Below, piece by piece: positions 34,147-43,085 of a DNA stretch of 64,000 nt. The stretch is from a virus (lineage: Duplodnaviria > Caudoviricetes), in the IMG/VR virus record IMGVR_UViG_3300037312_000330, positions 128,001 to 192,000 of that record. One strand, given 5' to 3'. Position 1 is the stretch's first letter. Every line of letters starts with the position of its first letter. The notes beneath the pieces were generated by a model. That model saw only the letters and a list, made by a program, of their open reading frames with translations, was not told the DNA's origin and ran no database searches. The translations under genes were made by a program, and so were the position numbers.

Positions 34147-34920
34147 ATGCCGATCCTACAACGAATACTGGCGGGCAAGTACACTTCAGACCGACTAACT
34201 CGCCAGGAAGCGAAAGACCTGATAGTCTCGCTACGCCCTTTGATACGCAAGCACTGTCAGCAGTTCGAGATCGCTGGCTCCTTCCGTCGTGGAAACACTG
34301 ACATTGGCGATCTTGACTTCGTTGTAGTCAACGCTGATACCGCTGGTCTGCTGCAAGCTCTAGTCCAATACAAGAACGCTGAGAAGGCACCCCGAGCTGG
34401 CAAGGACGTGATGACCGTCATCGTCCCATTTGGCAAGAAGAAGATTCAGGTAGAGTTTGTGAACGTGCTACCACGCGCAGTGGGCAGTGGTCTGTTGCAC
34501 AGTACCGGAAGCGGCGAGTTCAACGTTGGCCTGCGTTCGTTCGCCAAGTCTAAAGGAATGCTGCTCAATCAGCATGGTCTGTTCCGTGCAGACAATGAGC
34601 GCTTCCTTGCTGGTCGTACTGAAGAAGATGTGTTTGACAAACTGGGATTCGCGTTCATCCCGCCGAAGCAACGCAACCTCAGTTTTCTGACTCTCAAGGG
34701 CAAGTACCTTGTCGATCCGTACAAGAACAACTTCTTACTCAAGGAACCGAAAGGCGAAGGTAAGAAGTGGAAGGTCAAGTCGAAGTCTGATCCAACCAAG
34801 TTCTACTTTGTGACCTTGACTCCCAATGGTAAATGGAAGTGCACGTGTCCACAGTTCGTGTACCGCAAGCAAGAGTGTAAGCACATCCAATTCATTAAGG
34901 ACAAGAAGGGGTTGTCATGA
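34147..34920 (+). CDS. polX: Minimal family X DNA polymerase fused to a SWIM zinc finger; N-terminal tag MPILQRILA
   Basis: IAGSFRRG...GDLDFVV, HSTGSGEFNVGLR, LNQHGLF, EEDVFDKLG; C-terminal CTCPQF...CKHI. Confidence 0.85.
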   Translation: MPILQRILAGKYTSDRLTRQEAKDLIVSLRPLIRKHCQQFEIAGSFRRGNTDIGDLDFVVVNADTAGLLQALVQYKNAEKAPRAGKDVMTVIVPFGKKKIQVEFVNVLPRAVGSGLLHSTGSGEFNVGLRSFAKSKGMLLNQHGLFRADNERFLAGRTEEDVFDKLGFAFIPPKQRNLSFLTLKGKYLVDPYKNNFLLKEPKGEGKKWKVKSKSDPTKFYFVTLTPNGKWKCTCPQFVYRKQECKHIQFIKDKKGLS

Positions 34921-35123
34921 CCATCAGAGCAATAGCCCGACTGAAAGAGCTGGCTGCCGAGATTAAGCCCGAGAACAGAGGCAAATTGCACCGCCGGTTG
35001 GGGATCCCGGAAGATCAAGAGATACCAATGTCTCGCTTGCGTTCGGAACTCAAGAAGGCTAAGGACAGCGGTGACACAGAACTCGAGAAGATGGTGAACT
35101 TCGCTATCAATTTCAAGCACTAA
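34917..35123 (+). CDS. Small hypothetical protein
   Basis: GKLHRRLGIPEDQEIP; N-terminal ARLKELAA. Confidence 0.7.
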   Translation: MTIRAIARLKELAAEIKPENRGKLHRRLGIPEDQEIPMSRLRSELKKAKDSGDTELEKMVNFAINFKH

Positions 35124-35125
35124 AC

Positions 35126-35710
35126 ATGCCGCATCCATATCTATACAAGCTGGCCCACAAGCATGGCATCTCAGTGGATGAAGCTGAGAAGCGGTGGAAT
35201 AAGGCGAAGTCCAGAGCCAAAGACGAAGGTAAGGACAAGGACTGGGTTTACATTACTGGAATCTTCAAGCGCAGTATGGGCGAGGGTGCCTCGTTCGTTG
35301 GTGATGAAGAGGCCGACACATACGATCCAGTGCTTCCTCCTGGAATGCAGCCTAACGCTTCCGTAGCCAGATTGCGTGAAGTCGCCGCGATGGCCAATCA
35401 GGCGCAGGCTAAACGATTCCTGCAGGGGATTGGGCTCCAACCTACTTCTGTAGGAATGGTTGAAGAGAACTACATCAGCTACAAGATCAAGGATCCTGGT
35501 GAGAGCAAGACGGTCAACATCATCACGCAGGCGCTCGGCGTGGCGGGTGTAAAGCAAGCGAAAGATTACGGTCCTGTAGTCAATCGCGTTACCAAGACGA
35601 TCCAATGGATCTGGCGTGTGCCGAGCCGTGGGGTCATCAAGTACTTCCCTTCTACACACAAAGTCGCGTTCATGAATCAGGAACTTGACGACAAAGGAGA
35701 GACCGTATGA
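35126..35710 (+). CDS. Hypothetical (probable virion) multi-module protein
   Basis: KHGISVDEAEKRWNKAK module; ASFVGDEEADT; ARLREVAA. Confidence 0.75.
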   Translation: MPHPYLYKLAHKHGISVDEAEKRWNKAKSRAKDEGKDKDWVYITGIFKRSMGEGASFVGDEEADTYDPVLPPGMQPNASVARLREVAAMANQAQAKRFLQGIGLQPTSVGMVEENYISYKIKDPGESKTVNIITQALGVAGVKQAKDYGPVVNRVTKTIQWIWRVPSRGVIKYFPSTHKVAFMNQELDDKGETV

Positions 35711-36669
35711 AGACGAAAGCTGCGAAGCGTCTGCTGACAGCCGGTCGCTACGTTGGCACCCAGGAGTGGTTCCTTGGTATGCCAGAAGAGAAACAACGCG
35801 ATTATCTAGCGAAGAAACCTTGCTCCACGTTCAAGCCTGTCCACAAGGAAGTCCGTGAAACGAATGCGGACAGCAGCAAGAAGCAACAGACCAAGCTCCG
35901 CAAGCGTGCCGAGAAGCACCTGGACAACAAGACCGGACTGAGCACAGCAGCCGCGCCTAAGCTGGCCAAACCAGTGAAACTTGGCAAGACTGTAGACGGC
36001 AAGAACTACGTCTGGCGCGAAGAATGCATAATCAACCGACAAAAGGCAGAAGTCTACGTAGTCCGGAATAAGGCGGGTAAGGAGTTAGTTGCACTCAAGA
36101 ACTCTCGCGCAGCCTTCGAGTATCGACCTCTGGAGTCCAGCACCAGCACAGCGACAGCCCGTCTGCGTGAGATCGCCACGGGTCGTGGACCGGCGATTGG
36201 TGATCTCTGCAAGTTGAAGAAGCCGATTGGCGGATATTCGTACTTCCATTGCACTGGATTCGCCATCAATAAGAACAAGCAAGGTCTTGGTCCCATGGGT
36301 CTTGGAGACGGTCGCTTTCCGTTTGCTGGTGCCCAGATAGATGGGATCATTGGTAATCTGAAACCAACCCCATTGGCGACCAACGACTATGGACCCAAGA
36401 AGACTATCAAGCTAGAAGACATCGATACAGTGTTGGACGCACGCTCACGGCAACTCGAGATACAAGAATACCGTGACAAGCAACCGCTCGCCGTTGGATC
36501 AGTAGTCCGATTCAACGGACAGCTCTATACAGTGAAGAGCGGACCGCATTACGACACACCGAGACAGCGCAAGACAGACACGGCGTCCTGGTATGTGTGC
36601 GTAGACAAGAGTGGTGTCGAACACCAGATCAGCCGTGCTGCACTCGAATTCATGTACGGACCACGCTAA
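35707..36669 (+). CDS. Hypothetical multi-module protein
   Basis: 320 aa; internal ARLREIAT; C-terminal SH3-like segment. Confidence 0.75.
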   Translation: MKTKAAKRLLTAGRYVGTQEWFLGMPEEKQRDYLAKKPCSTFKPVHKEVRETNADSSKKQQTKLRKRAEKHLDNKTGLSTAAAPKLAKPVKLGKTVDGKNYVWREECIINRQKAEVYVVRNKAGKELVALKNSRAAFEYRPLESSTSTATARLREIATGRGPAIGDLCKLKKPIGGYSYFHCTGFAINKNKQGLGPMGLGDGRFPFAGAQIDGIIGNLKPTPLATNDYGPKKTIKLEDIDTVLDARSRQLEIQEYRDKQPLAVGSVVRFNGQLYTVKSGPHYDTPRQRKTDTASWYVCVDKSGVEHQISRAALEFMYGPR

Positions 36670-36672
36670 GAT

Positions 36673-38157
36673 ATGGACAACTCCACAACTTTGTGCGTAA
36701 AGTTCCCCGCTGACAGTAGCAACGTCACAGTCAGCTTTGCCGACGTACTTGTGGGTGGGGAGCAGATCGTAAGCGGAGTGCTTGGCACCAGCACTCCAAC
36801 CGGGTTGACAGTCAGCAGTCTGAGTTTCACGGGCACGACCATCAGCCTGAATGTCGCTGCTGGAACAGACAAGCAAAGTTACGGGGTCCAAGTCACTGCG
36901 AATACGGACGCCGGTCACGTCTACACGAAGGTGCTTGCAGTCGTGATCAACAGTGATCTGGCTGCCGACTATCAGAACACGAACGTAGACGCGTTCCAAG
37001 CTCTGGTCGGAAAACTGGAAGCCGGAACTGCTGCCCTAGGTAAAGCCGCGTTCATGTTCCCTGGAACAGTGGATACCACATCCGGTATCGTAACGTGGGA
37101 TCTGCTGGATCAGAATGGAGTAGTGCTTGCCAACGGACAGGCGTTCGACTATCAGACGATCGCAGTAGCAAGTGGCAAGCGTGCCGAGGCACAAGCTGTT
37201 ATCACGGCTCCGTCGAACACAACGCCTACACTGGACGGACAGTCGTATCAGCTCCGTTGGACACTGACTCTCAACGGACAGCAATACTTCTCGTTCGAGA
37301 GTCTGCAAATCACCGGTCCGGCCACTGTGCCGGAAGGTGTCGAAGATGTCATCGAGATGGATGACGTTACGGCGTTCACCATCTACATGGTATCTGATCA
37401 GCCGTGGGACACCGTGACCGTCGATGTTTACGATGAGAACACCAAGATCGTTGTGGATGCACCGACTGCAGCTCCAACACAAACTGCTGACGGATGGCAG
37501 TATATGTGTCAGTTCCAGCCGGATCCAAACAACCTTATGCTGGCGCGTTTGGAAAGCTACACTGTCGTTTGGAAGACTAGCAATGTCGCGCGTCCTGGCT
37601 ATGTGGAACGACAGACAGGACGTTTGTTTGTAGTCAATGCTTCTATCATGGCTGCTGTCACAGACATGCGGACCGTGATCGCCAAGGCAGAGACAACGAT
37701 TCTGGGCACCAAAGACATCCTGTTCACGGATACGCTGCTACTTGCGTATCTGCGTCGTGGTAAAGACGCCTTCAACATCGCTTACGGTATGTTCACGGCG
37801 TTCGACATGACTAACGCACAAGGGCCGGTACGCGAATACTGGATGCGCTATTCTGAGATAACTGCACTCCGGGCTCAATTCTTGGCCGAAGGCGAGAAAG
37901 TGTTCAACTTCTCAGGACAGGCTATCCAGTTGGATTCGGATCGCACCACCTACTATCAGCAGCTCGCTGACAACATCGAGCAGCGGATCTCAGAGGAATG
38001 CAAGATGATCAAGCAAAACCTGATCAAGAAGGGTATCCTGGGTGGTGACGGAAACCTGAAGGATCTGACGGCGATGCGACATGGTTCCAACGGTGCTGTT
38101 GCCATCACGATCACGCCGGCGTCTACTCTGGGATATCGCTTTGCGCGGAGATTCTAA
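36673..38157 (+). CDS. Probable virion structural protein
   Basis: 494 aa, Thr/Val-rich beta-type N-terminal domains, helical C-terminus. Confidence 0.65.
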   Translation: MDNSTTLCVKFPADSSNVTVSFADVLVGGEQIVSGVLGTSTPTGLTVSSLSFTGTTISLNVAAGTDKQSYGVQVTANTDAGHVYTKVLAVVINSDLAADYQNTNVDAFQALVGKLEAGTAALGKAAFMFPGTVDTTSGIVTWDLLDQNGVVLANGQAFDYQTIAVASGKRAEAQAVITAPSNTTPTLDGQSYQLRWTLTLNGQQYFSFESLQITGPATVPEGVEDVIEMDDVTAFTIYMVSDQPWDTVTVDVYDENTKIVVDAPTAAPTQTADGWQYMCQFQPDPNNLMLARLESYTVVWKTSNVARPGYVERQTGRLFVVNASIMAAVTDMRTVIAKAETTILGTKDILFTDTLLLAYLRRGKDAFNIAYGMFTAFDMTNAQGPVREYWMRYSEITALRAQFLAEGEKVFNFSGQAIQLDSDRTTYYQQLADNIEQRISEECKMIKQNLIKKGILGGDGNLKDLTAMRHGSNGAVAITITPASTLGYRFARRF

Positions 38158-38462
38158 TGCCAATCACACATCGCATTCAAGCTGCTGCCAAGGGTGACTT
38201 CGAGAAGAAGATCCTGGAATTTCTAGAGAACAACTTCGAAGCAATGGCTGATTCTACAGGAAAACGTGGCTTCGGCAAGTACAATAAGCGAACTCAGTTG
38301 GACTACTTGATGTCGTACGTCCAGAACGACCGCGAGTACTGGAAAGAGTTCAGTGACGAAGACCCTGAGTTTGACGCTAAGCTCACGAAATGGCTCAAGC
38401 TGGCCCCACACGCGCAGTTGGAACAGCTTCTGCCGTTCTTCAACAAACTCGACTACGATTGA
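38157..38462 (+). CDS. Hypothetical protein with shared N-terminal tag (MPITHRIQA)
   Basis: TAATG coupling. Confidence 0.75.
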   Translation: MPITHRIQAAAKGDFEKKILEFLENNFEAMADSTGKRGFGKYNKRTQLDYLMSYVQNDREYWKEFSDEDPEFDAKLTKWLKLAPHAQLEQLLPFFNKLDYD

Positions 38463-38791
38463 TGTTCTTCAAACGTAACAAGTCTGGAGTCACGAAGATC
38501 GTCCGTGATAACTATCACAAAGATAAGACACGTGTTGATCTGAAGAAAGTTGGTCTGACTATCAAGGACGATTGGTACACGCTGAAGGCCCGTGTCCTAA
38601 AACGTGATAACTACCGATGTAAACAGTGCGGAACAAAACACGGTTCTGACGATCCGAAACGTCTAGGCAAGAAGATCTGGCTAGACGCACACCACATACG
38701 AGAGTTGAGTAAGGGTGGCACGACAACTATGGCAAACCTCATCAGCCTATGTCGCTATTGTCATCTAACTCGACATTCACATCATTTCTAA
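38462..38791 (+). CDS. HNH endonuclease
   Basis: VLKRDNYRCKQCG...LDAHHI..LSKGG...NLISLCRYCHLTRH. Confidence 0.85.
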   Translation: MFFKRNKSGVTKIVRDNYHKDKTRVDLKKVGLTIKDDWYTLKARVLKRDNYRCKQCGTKHGSDDPKRLGKKIWLDAHHIRELSKGGTTTMANLISLCRYCHLTRHSHHF

Positions 38792-38806
38792 GGATAAACA
38801 CACATC

Positions 38807-39253
38807 ATGGGTGCTCGTTATTTTACCAACGCGTCTCGTCCACATATGGACAGCCACAATGGTATTCGCCTGTTCACTAATGAACCACGCATCCATGTGC
38901 TGTGGGACGGCAAAGACACCAATCGCCAGAATTCCACAATGGCGGCTGGAGTTATTTGGGTGCCGCTCATGTCGCTGATGCGTCAAGGAAATAGTCTCGG
39001 ATATGGATTCCAAGTGCAGGGTTCTGGTGTCACCAAGATTGAGGGATCGATGAGTCCTGCTCGTCAGGCTCTGTACATGAAGGACAACGATACGTATTGG
39101 AACGCCATCGTCACAGCAGAGAACGCCAATTTCCAGACGATTTCTACTGCTCCAACGGCAGGCACTGTGGTTCAAAGTCTGAATTTCTACACGCTCGCCC
39201 GAATCACGTTTAGCGTGGGTACTCCATCGTCTGTCGTAATCACCACCATCTAA
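38807..39253 (+). CDS. Probable virion protein
   Basis: 148 aa, beta-rich composition. Confidence 0.65.
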   Translation: MGARYFTNASRPHMDSHNGIRLFTNEPRIHVLWDGKDTNRQNSTMAAGVIWVPLMSLMRQGNSLGYGFQVQGSGVTKIEGSMSPARQALYMKDNDTYWNAIVTAENANFQTISTAPTAGTVVQSLNFYTLARITFSVGTPSSVVITTI

Positions 39254-39332
39254 TATCTGAGATCGTTGCTCAGTATTTTTATGTGTAACCCGTTGAGGTC
39301 GCTTATCAAACACAATCCCATGGAGATCGCAT

Positions 39333-39788
39333 ATGTCCGACCCCACGGGGATTCTCAGCGTTTCCGTTGAGGGATCCCCGTCCAATGAGGACCCTGCTGA
39401 TGATGGTGCTTCACTAGAGGCAATTATCCAGGCGTACCTCGACGTAAATCCCACCCCAAGTGACGAACAGATTCACCATCTCGCAGCAATGCTCGGAATG
39501 ACACCCGAGTCGTTCGAGGAGGTAATCTACAAGATGTTCGGTCAATACGTGTCTGACGACATGCCAGCTATCAATGATGCGCTGACAGGTCTGAGTATGC
39601 GTGACGCACCGGAGGATCCGATTGAGGAACTGCTAGTCAAGTTCTTCGTCGCGCATCCGGAACCGTCTGACGAACAGATCCACCACCTAGCTGCGCTTAT
39701 CGGGTTTACGCCCGAGACGCTTGAGGAGCGTTTGTATTCCATGCTGTCTGATCTGGAATCAATCGATCCTACCAACCCATCCATCTGA
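39333..39788 (+). CDS. Acidic protein with two internal homeodomain-like repeats
   Basis: NPTPSDEQIHHLAAMLGMTPE / HPEPSDEQIHHLAALIGFTPE. Confidence 0.75.
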   Translation: MSDPTGILSVSVEGSPSNEDPADDGASLEAIIQAYLDVNPTPSDEQIHHLAAMLGMTPESFEEVIYKMFGQYVSDDMPAINDALTGLSMRDAPEDPIEELLVKFFVAHPEPSDEQIHHLAALIGFTPETLEERLYSMLSDLESIDPTNPSI

Positions 39789-39796
39789 GGCCCATC

Positions 39797-40603
39797 ATGC
39801 AAGAATTCCGTTATTTCGATCTCGACAAAGTTGCTTCCCAGCTCAGCCGCTACACGGTCAGCGTTCACGACTACAAGATGATCAGCCCCACGGTAGCGCG
39901 CGTCATCCTGTCGTACACAGGCAGTGCTCCGACACAAGACGAAGTGCGCCAGCAAATCGCTTCTATCTTCCAGGGTAGTGCTGCTCCGATTGCCGGTTCG
40001 TTCCGCGAACTGACCCGTGCTGGCGACGTGAAGTCTGTCATCGGTTTCGTGAAGGCCAGTCGCGAAGTCAAGCCTTTCGAAGAAGCTGCCGCCAACGGTA
40101 AGGACTACAAGGTTATGGCTTCCAATCTGCTGATGCAGACAGCAGACGGCTCTATGTGGGAGATCAAGTCGGGTGCGATGGGCAAGTATCTGGCGAAGCA
40201 AAGCAACGACGATCTGCGTCAGCTCATCCATCTGGCGCAGAATACCTGCGCCGGCATTCCAAAGTTCAATCAGATCGCCTCGCTGGCGTCTGTGGCTGAA
40301 CCCAAGGAGTTTGCCGCGTTTGTCGACCTGAACGCTGAAGAAGTGCTGCATGGTTTCGTGGTGGCCTCCACCGAAGACAAGGTGACCGTCATTGCCAAGG
40401 AAACTGGCGAAGCTGTCGAAGTGGCTGCTGATCAGCTCGTTCACATCCAGGAAGTGAGCGCCAACGAGCTTGGTGACAAACAGATGGCTGCGGACATGAG
40501 CGATCCCAATGCGGTGATCGAATACTGGCGCTCCGTCTACCGCTACAGCCCGGAGTACATCCAGAAGATCATCGACATGGTTGGAATGCACTCGTACGCC
40601 TAA
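39797..40603 (+). CDS. Probable abundant virion protein
   Basis: 268 aa, strongly biased codons, followed by a strong terminator. Confidence 0.65.
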   Translation: MQEFRYFDLDKVASQLSRYTVSVHDYKMISPTVARVILSYTGSAPTQDEVRQQIASIFQGSAAPIAGSFRELTRAGDVKSVIGFVKASREVKPFEEAAANGKDYKVMASNLLMQTADGSMWEIKSGAMGKYLAKQSNDDLRQLIHLAQNTCAGIPKFNQIASLASVAEPKEFAAFVDLNAEEVLHGFVVASTEDKVTVIAKETGEAVEVAADQLVHIQEVSANELGDKQMAADMSDPNAVIEYWRSVYRYSPEYIQKIIDMVGMHSYA

Positions 40604-40612
40604 GAGCGCCCT

Positions 40613-40652
40613 AGGGAGCCCTGTCCGTGTGTACGGATACGGCTCCCTTTTT
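40613..40652 (+). terminator. Rho-independent terminator
   Basis: AGGGAGCC..TGTCCGT-GTGT-ACGGATA..GGCTCCCT-TTTT. Confidence 0.85.
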
Positions 40653-40668
40653 CGTTTAAGGAACACAT

Positions 40669-41064
40669 ATGGCAATTACTCATCGCATCGTGGCGGCACC
40701 TTCCAAGAAGGCGTACATGTCTTGGGCAGAAATGCAGAAGACCATGTCTAACGTGATGATGGAGCTGAGGGCAAACGGATTGAAGTTTGCTCCTGAGTAT
40801 GATTTCCTCAAAGCTCCTTCGTACGTTAGAAGAGGCTACTACAGCACAAAAGTCACTGCAAAGGAAGTCCAAGAAGTGTTGCGCAGGCGTGGCTTTCGGA
40901 TGGACAATCGCTTCGCTGTTCTCTACAAAAAGATTGGCTCCAAGTCTGTCGAGATCTCATTTGAAGAACGTGGACCAACTCTTCACATGGAACTCACCGT
41001 TTCTGACAACAATGGTCCTGAAGATCAAGATGTAGTAGGTCCAGGTCACAGCCACTATGACTAA
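40669..41064 (+). CDS. Hypothetical protein with shared N-terminal tag (MAITHRIVA)
   Basis: RBS AAGGA. Confidence 0.75.
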   Translation: MAITHRIVAAPSKKAYMSWAEMQKTMSNVMMELRANGLKFAPEYDFLKAPSYVRRGYYSTKVTAKEVQEVLRRRGFRMDNRFAVLYKKIGSKSVEISFEERGPTLHMELTVSDNNGPEDQDVVGPGHSHYD

Positions 41065-41066
41065 GA

Positions 41067-41228
41067 ATGATCGCCAATCGCATCACGGCTGCACGAGGCA
41101 ATTGGAATCCAGACGTCATCAAGCCGGTGAAAAGACTCCAGATAACGATACCCACGCCGGGCAAATCGATTTTGATGCTGCGTGGAAGATGCAAATGTGA
41201 GGACGTATGTCGATCAACAAGAAAGTAG
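41067..41228 (+). CDS. Small protein with tag-like N-terminus (MIANRITA); possible frameshift
   Basis: 53 aa, not in ORF track. Confidence 0.5.
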   Translation: MIANRITAARGNWNPDVIKPVKRLQITIPTPGKSILMLRGRCKCEDVCRSTRK

Positions 41229-41647
41229 AAGCAGCGGCGATAAGCGGAGCAGGAATTCTGTTCGTCCACGACGGGAAGATACTCCTGATCTACCGTAGTG
41301 CCGATGTAGTCGACCCCAATCTGTGGTGTGGTGCGGGTGGCAAGATCGAGCCCGGTGAAACACCGGAAGAGGCGGCGGTACGTGAAGCCAGCGAAGAGAT
41401 TGGCTATACAGAAGACGACACGCTGGAACTGATCCCGCTGTACGTCTACAACAGTGACAAGCTGGTGTTCCACAACTTTGTGGGTCTGTTGCCTCGCGAA
41501 CGCTTTCGCCCGACACTAAATTGGGAATCGGAGGGTTACGGCTGGTTCACTCTGGACAAGCTGCCGAACAACCTCCACTATGGATTCCAGGAGATCCTGG
41601 ACGATAAGGAAGCAAGCACCGTCCTCAAGGACGCGATGGAGAAGTAG
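41207..41647 (+). CDS. Nudix hydrolase with tag-like N-terminus (MSINKKVEA)
   Basis: Nudix box GGKIEPGETPEEAAVREASEEIG. Confidence 0.9.
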   Translation: MSINKKVEAAAISGAGILFVHDGKILLIYRSADVVDPNLWCGAGGKIEPGETPEEAAVREASEEIGYTEDDTLELIPLYVYNSDKLVFHNFVGLLPRERFRPTLNWESEGYGWFTLDKLPNNLHYGFQEILDDKEASTVLKDAMEK

Positions 41648-41875
41648 ATGCCGGTCAAAAATCGCGTAGAAGCGGTGGGCGAGTCTGACGACGAATTGAA
41701 GGAATGGGAAGCAATCGCCAAGTTCGTGAAACGGGGCAAAGGCTCGGCCGTCAAGGACAAGGGTAAGAAGGTGCTTTCTACATACGATAAGCTTCCCAAG
41801 AGCAATCCAACAGTTCATGAGATAGAAGTAAACGGGACACGTTATGCGATCGTAAGGATCGTGAGTCTGCGATAA
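41648..41875 (+). CDS. Small protein with shared N-terminal tag (MPVKNRVEA)
   Basis: Starts directly after the Nudix stop. Confidence 0.7.
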   Translation: MPVKNRVEAVGESDDELKEWEAIAKFVKRGKGSAVKDKGKKVLSTYDKLPKSNPTVHEIEVNGTRYAIVRIVSLR

Positions 41876-41899
41876 ACACTAACAACGAAGGCAACTGCA

Positions 41900-42739
41900 A
41901 TGAGAATGCGCAACGTAGGACCAAAGAACATCACGCGCTCTCTGTTGGAAGACAAGCCGCGTAAGCGCAAGAAGAAGTTGGAAGGCGACGATCTGACATT
42001 CAGGGTCCTGGCACGCAAGGACCCAGAAGACCTATCAGACGATGAACGCCGCGAGCTCAAAGATTTGCGCAAGAAGCGTAAGGAACGCAAGAAGAAGCGT
42101 GAGCTCGAAACCATGGAACAGGCTGAGCGTAACGACAGAGACTACGAAGCAGAAAAGAAAGGTCTCAAGCGCAAGGAAACAAAACTGAGCAAGAGCCGCG
42201 ATCTAGTTGTATCGGTTGGTGCAGGCAACCTGAGCACAAAGGAGCGCAAGGCACTCGAACGTCAAGCCGAGTCTTACTTCGGTGCCAACAGCGTCAAGAT
42301 CATGGACATGCTGGAGAACGGCGATGCCGACTCTGGCATCACTGTTCTCAAGAAGACACTGCTGATGACGATCATCCGCGTATTGCCGATGGCCGAAGAC
42401 ATCCTAACCAACAGCGGGACGGCAAAGGGCACCTATCAGTTCGTGACGTTGATCAGCCAGATGCGTGAACTCATGGCTGACATCCAGGCCGACAAGGACA
42501 AGCAATTCCTTGCACAGTCGATTGCTGAACAGATTATCAGACCTGCGTTCATGAACATGGCGCAAGAGATGATGATGCAACACCACACCTTCCGCAAGAA
42601 GGGTGACCTGTTCGTAGTTCCATCCAAGAATAGCTACTTCTCGGAACAACTACTGGAGTTGGGGAAGAATCTGGCTGCAATGATGCAGACAGAGTACAAG
42701 GAAGTGAGCACCAAGATCCAAGAGGCGCTCAAAAACTGA
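41900..42739 (+). CDS. Hypothetical protein, basic N-terminus and helical C-terminus
   Basis: 279-aa ORF. Confidence 0.8.
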   Translation: MRMRNVGPKNITRSLLEDKPRKRKKKLEGDDLTFRVLARKDPEDLSDDERRELKDLRKKRKERKKKRELETMEQAERNDRDYEAEKKGLKRKETKLSKSRDLVVSVGAGNLSTKERKALERQAESYFGANSVKIMDMLENGDADSGITVLKKTLLMTIIRVLPMAEDILTNSGTAKGTYQFVTLISQMRELMADIQADKDKQFLAQSIAEQIIRPAFMNMAQEMMMQHHTFRKKGDLFVVPSKNSYFSEQLLELGKNLAAMMQTEYKEVSTKIQEALKN

Positions 42740-42748
42740 GGACACATC

Positions 42749-42979
42749 ATGGAATTCATCCGTTCGTTCTACTCTGGGGTTGGCGACTTCCTAGCAGTTG
42801 GTCGCATGGCGTGGAAGCGTCTACTCCTGGTGTACGTTGTGGCAACCGTGCTTGCCTGTATCATCGGTTTCTTTATTCCGTTCGTGAACGCGCGCAACTT
42901 CGGGATTGGAACCGGTCTTGTGATCACATTCCTCCTGTGGATCCTTGGATATCTCGGGATGCGCAACAGCAACATGTAA
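42749..42979 (+). CDS. Small 2-TM membrane protein (holin-like topology)
   Basis: Two hydrophobic helices; RBS GAGGA. Confidence 0.6.
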   Translation: MEFIRSFYSGVGDFLAVGRMAWKRLLLVYVVATVLACIIGFFIPFVNARNFGIGTGLVITFLLWILGYLGMRNSNM

Positions 42980-43085
42980 CGACTGTTACTCTGTGTTACA
43001 CAATAGGCCACTCACCTGTGTTAAGCTAGGGTAGGCGCCCACACTCTCGCACCAATTCACCATATCCTCCTATCAGGAACCACGT

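Noticed and set aside
42990-43060. Intergenic stretch ending in CACCA, superficially tRNA-like
   Set aside because: No T-arm GTTC motif, D-arm or 7-bp acceptor stem; no tRNA or rRNA recognised anywhere in the window
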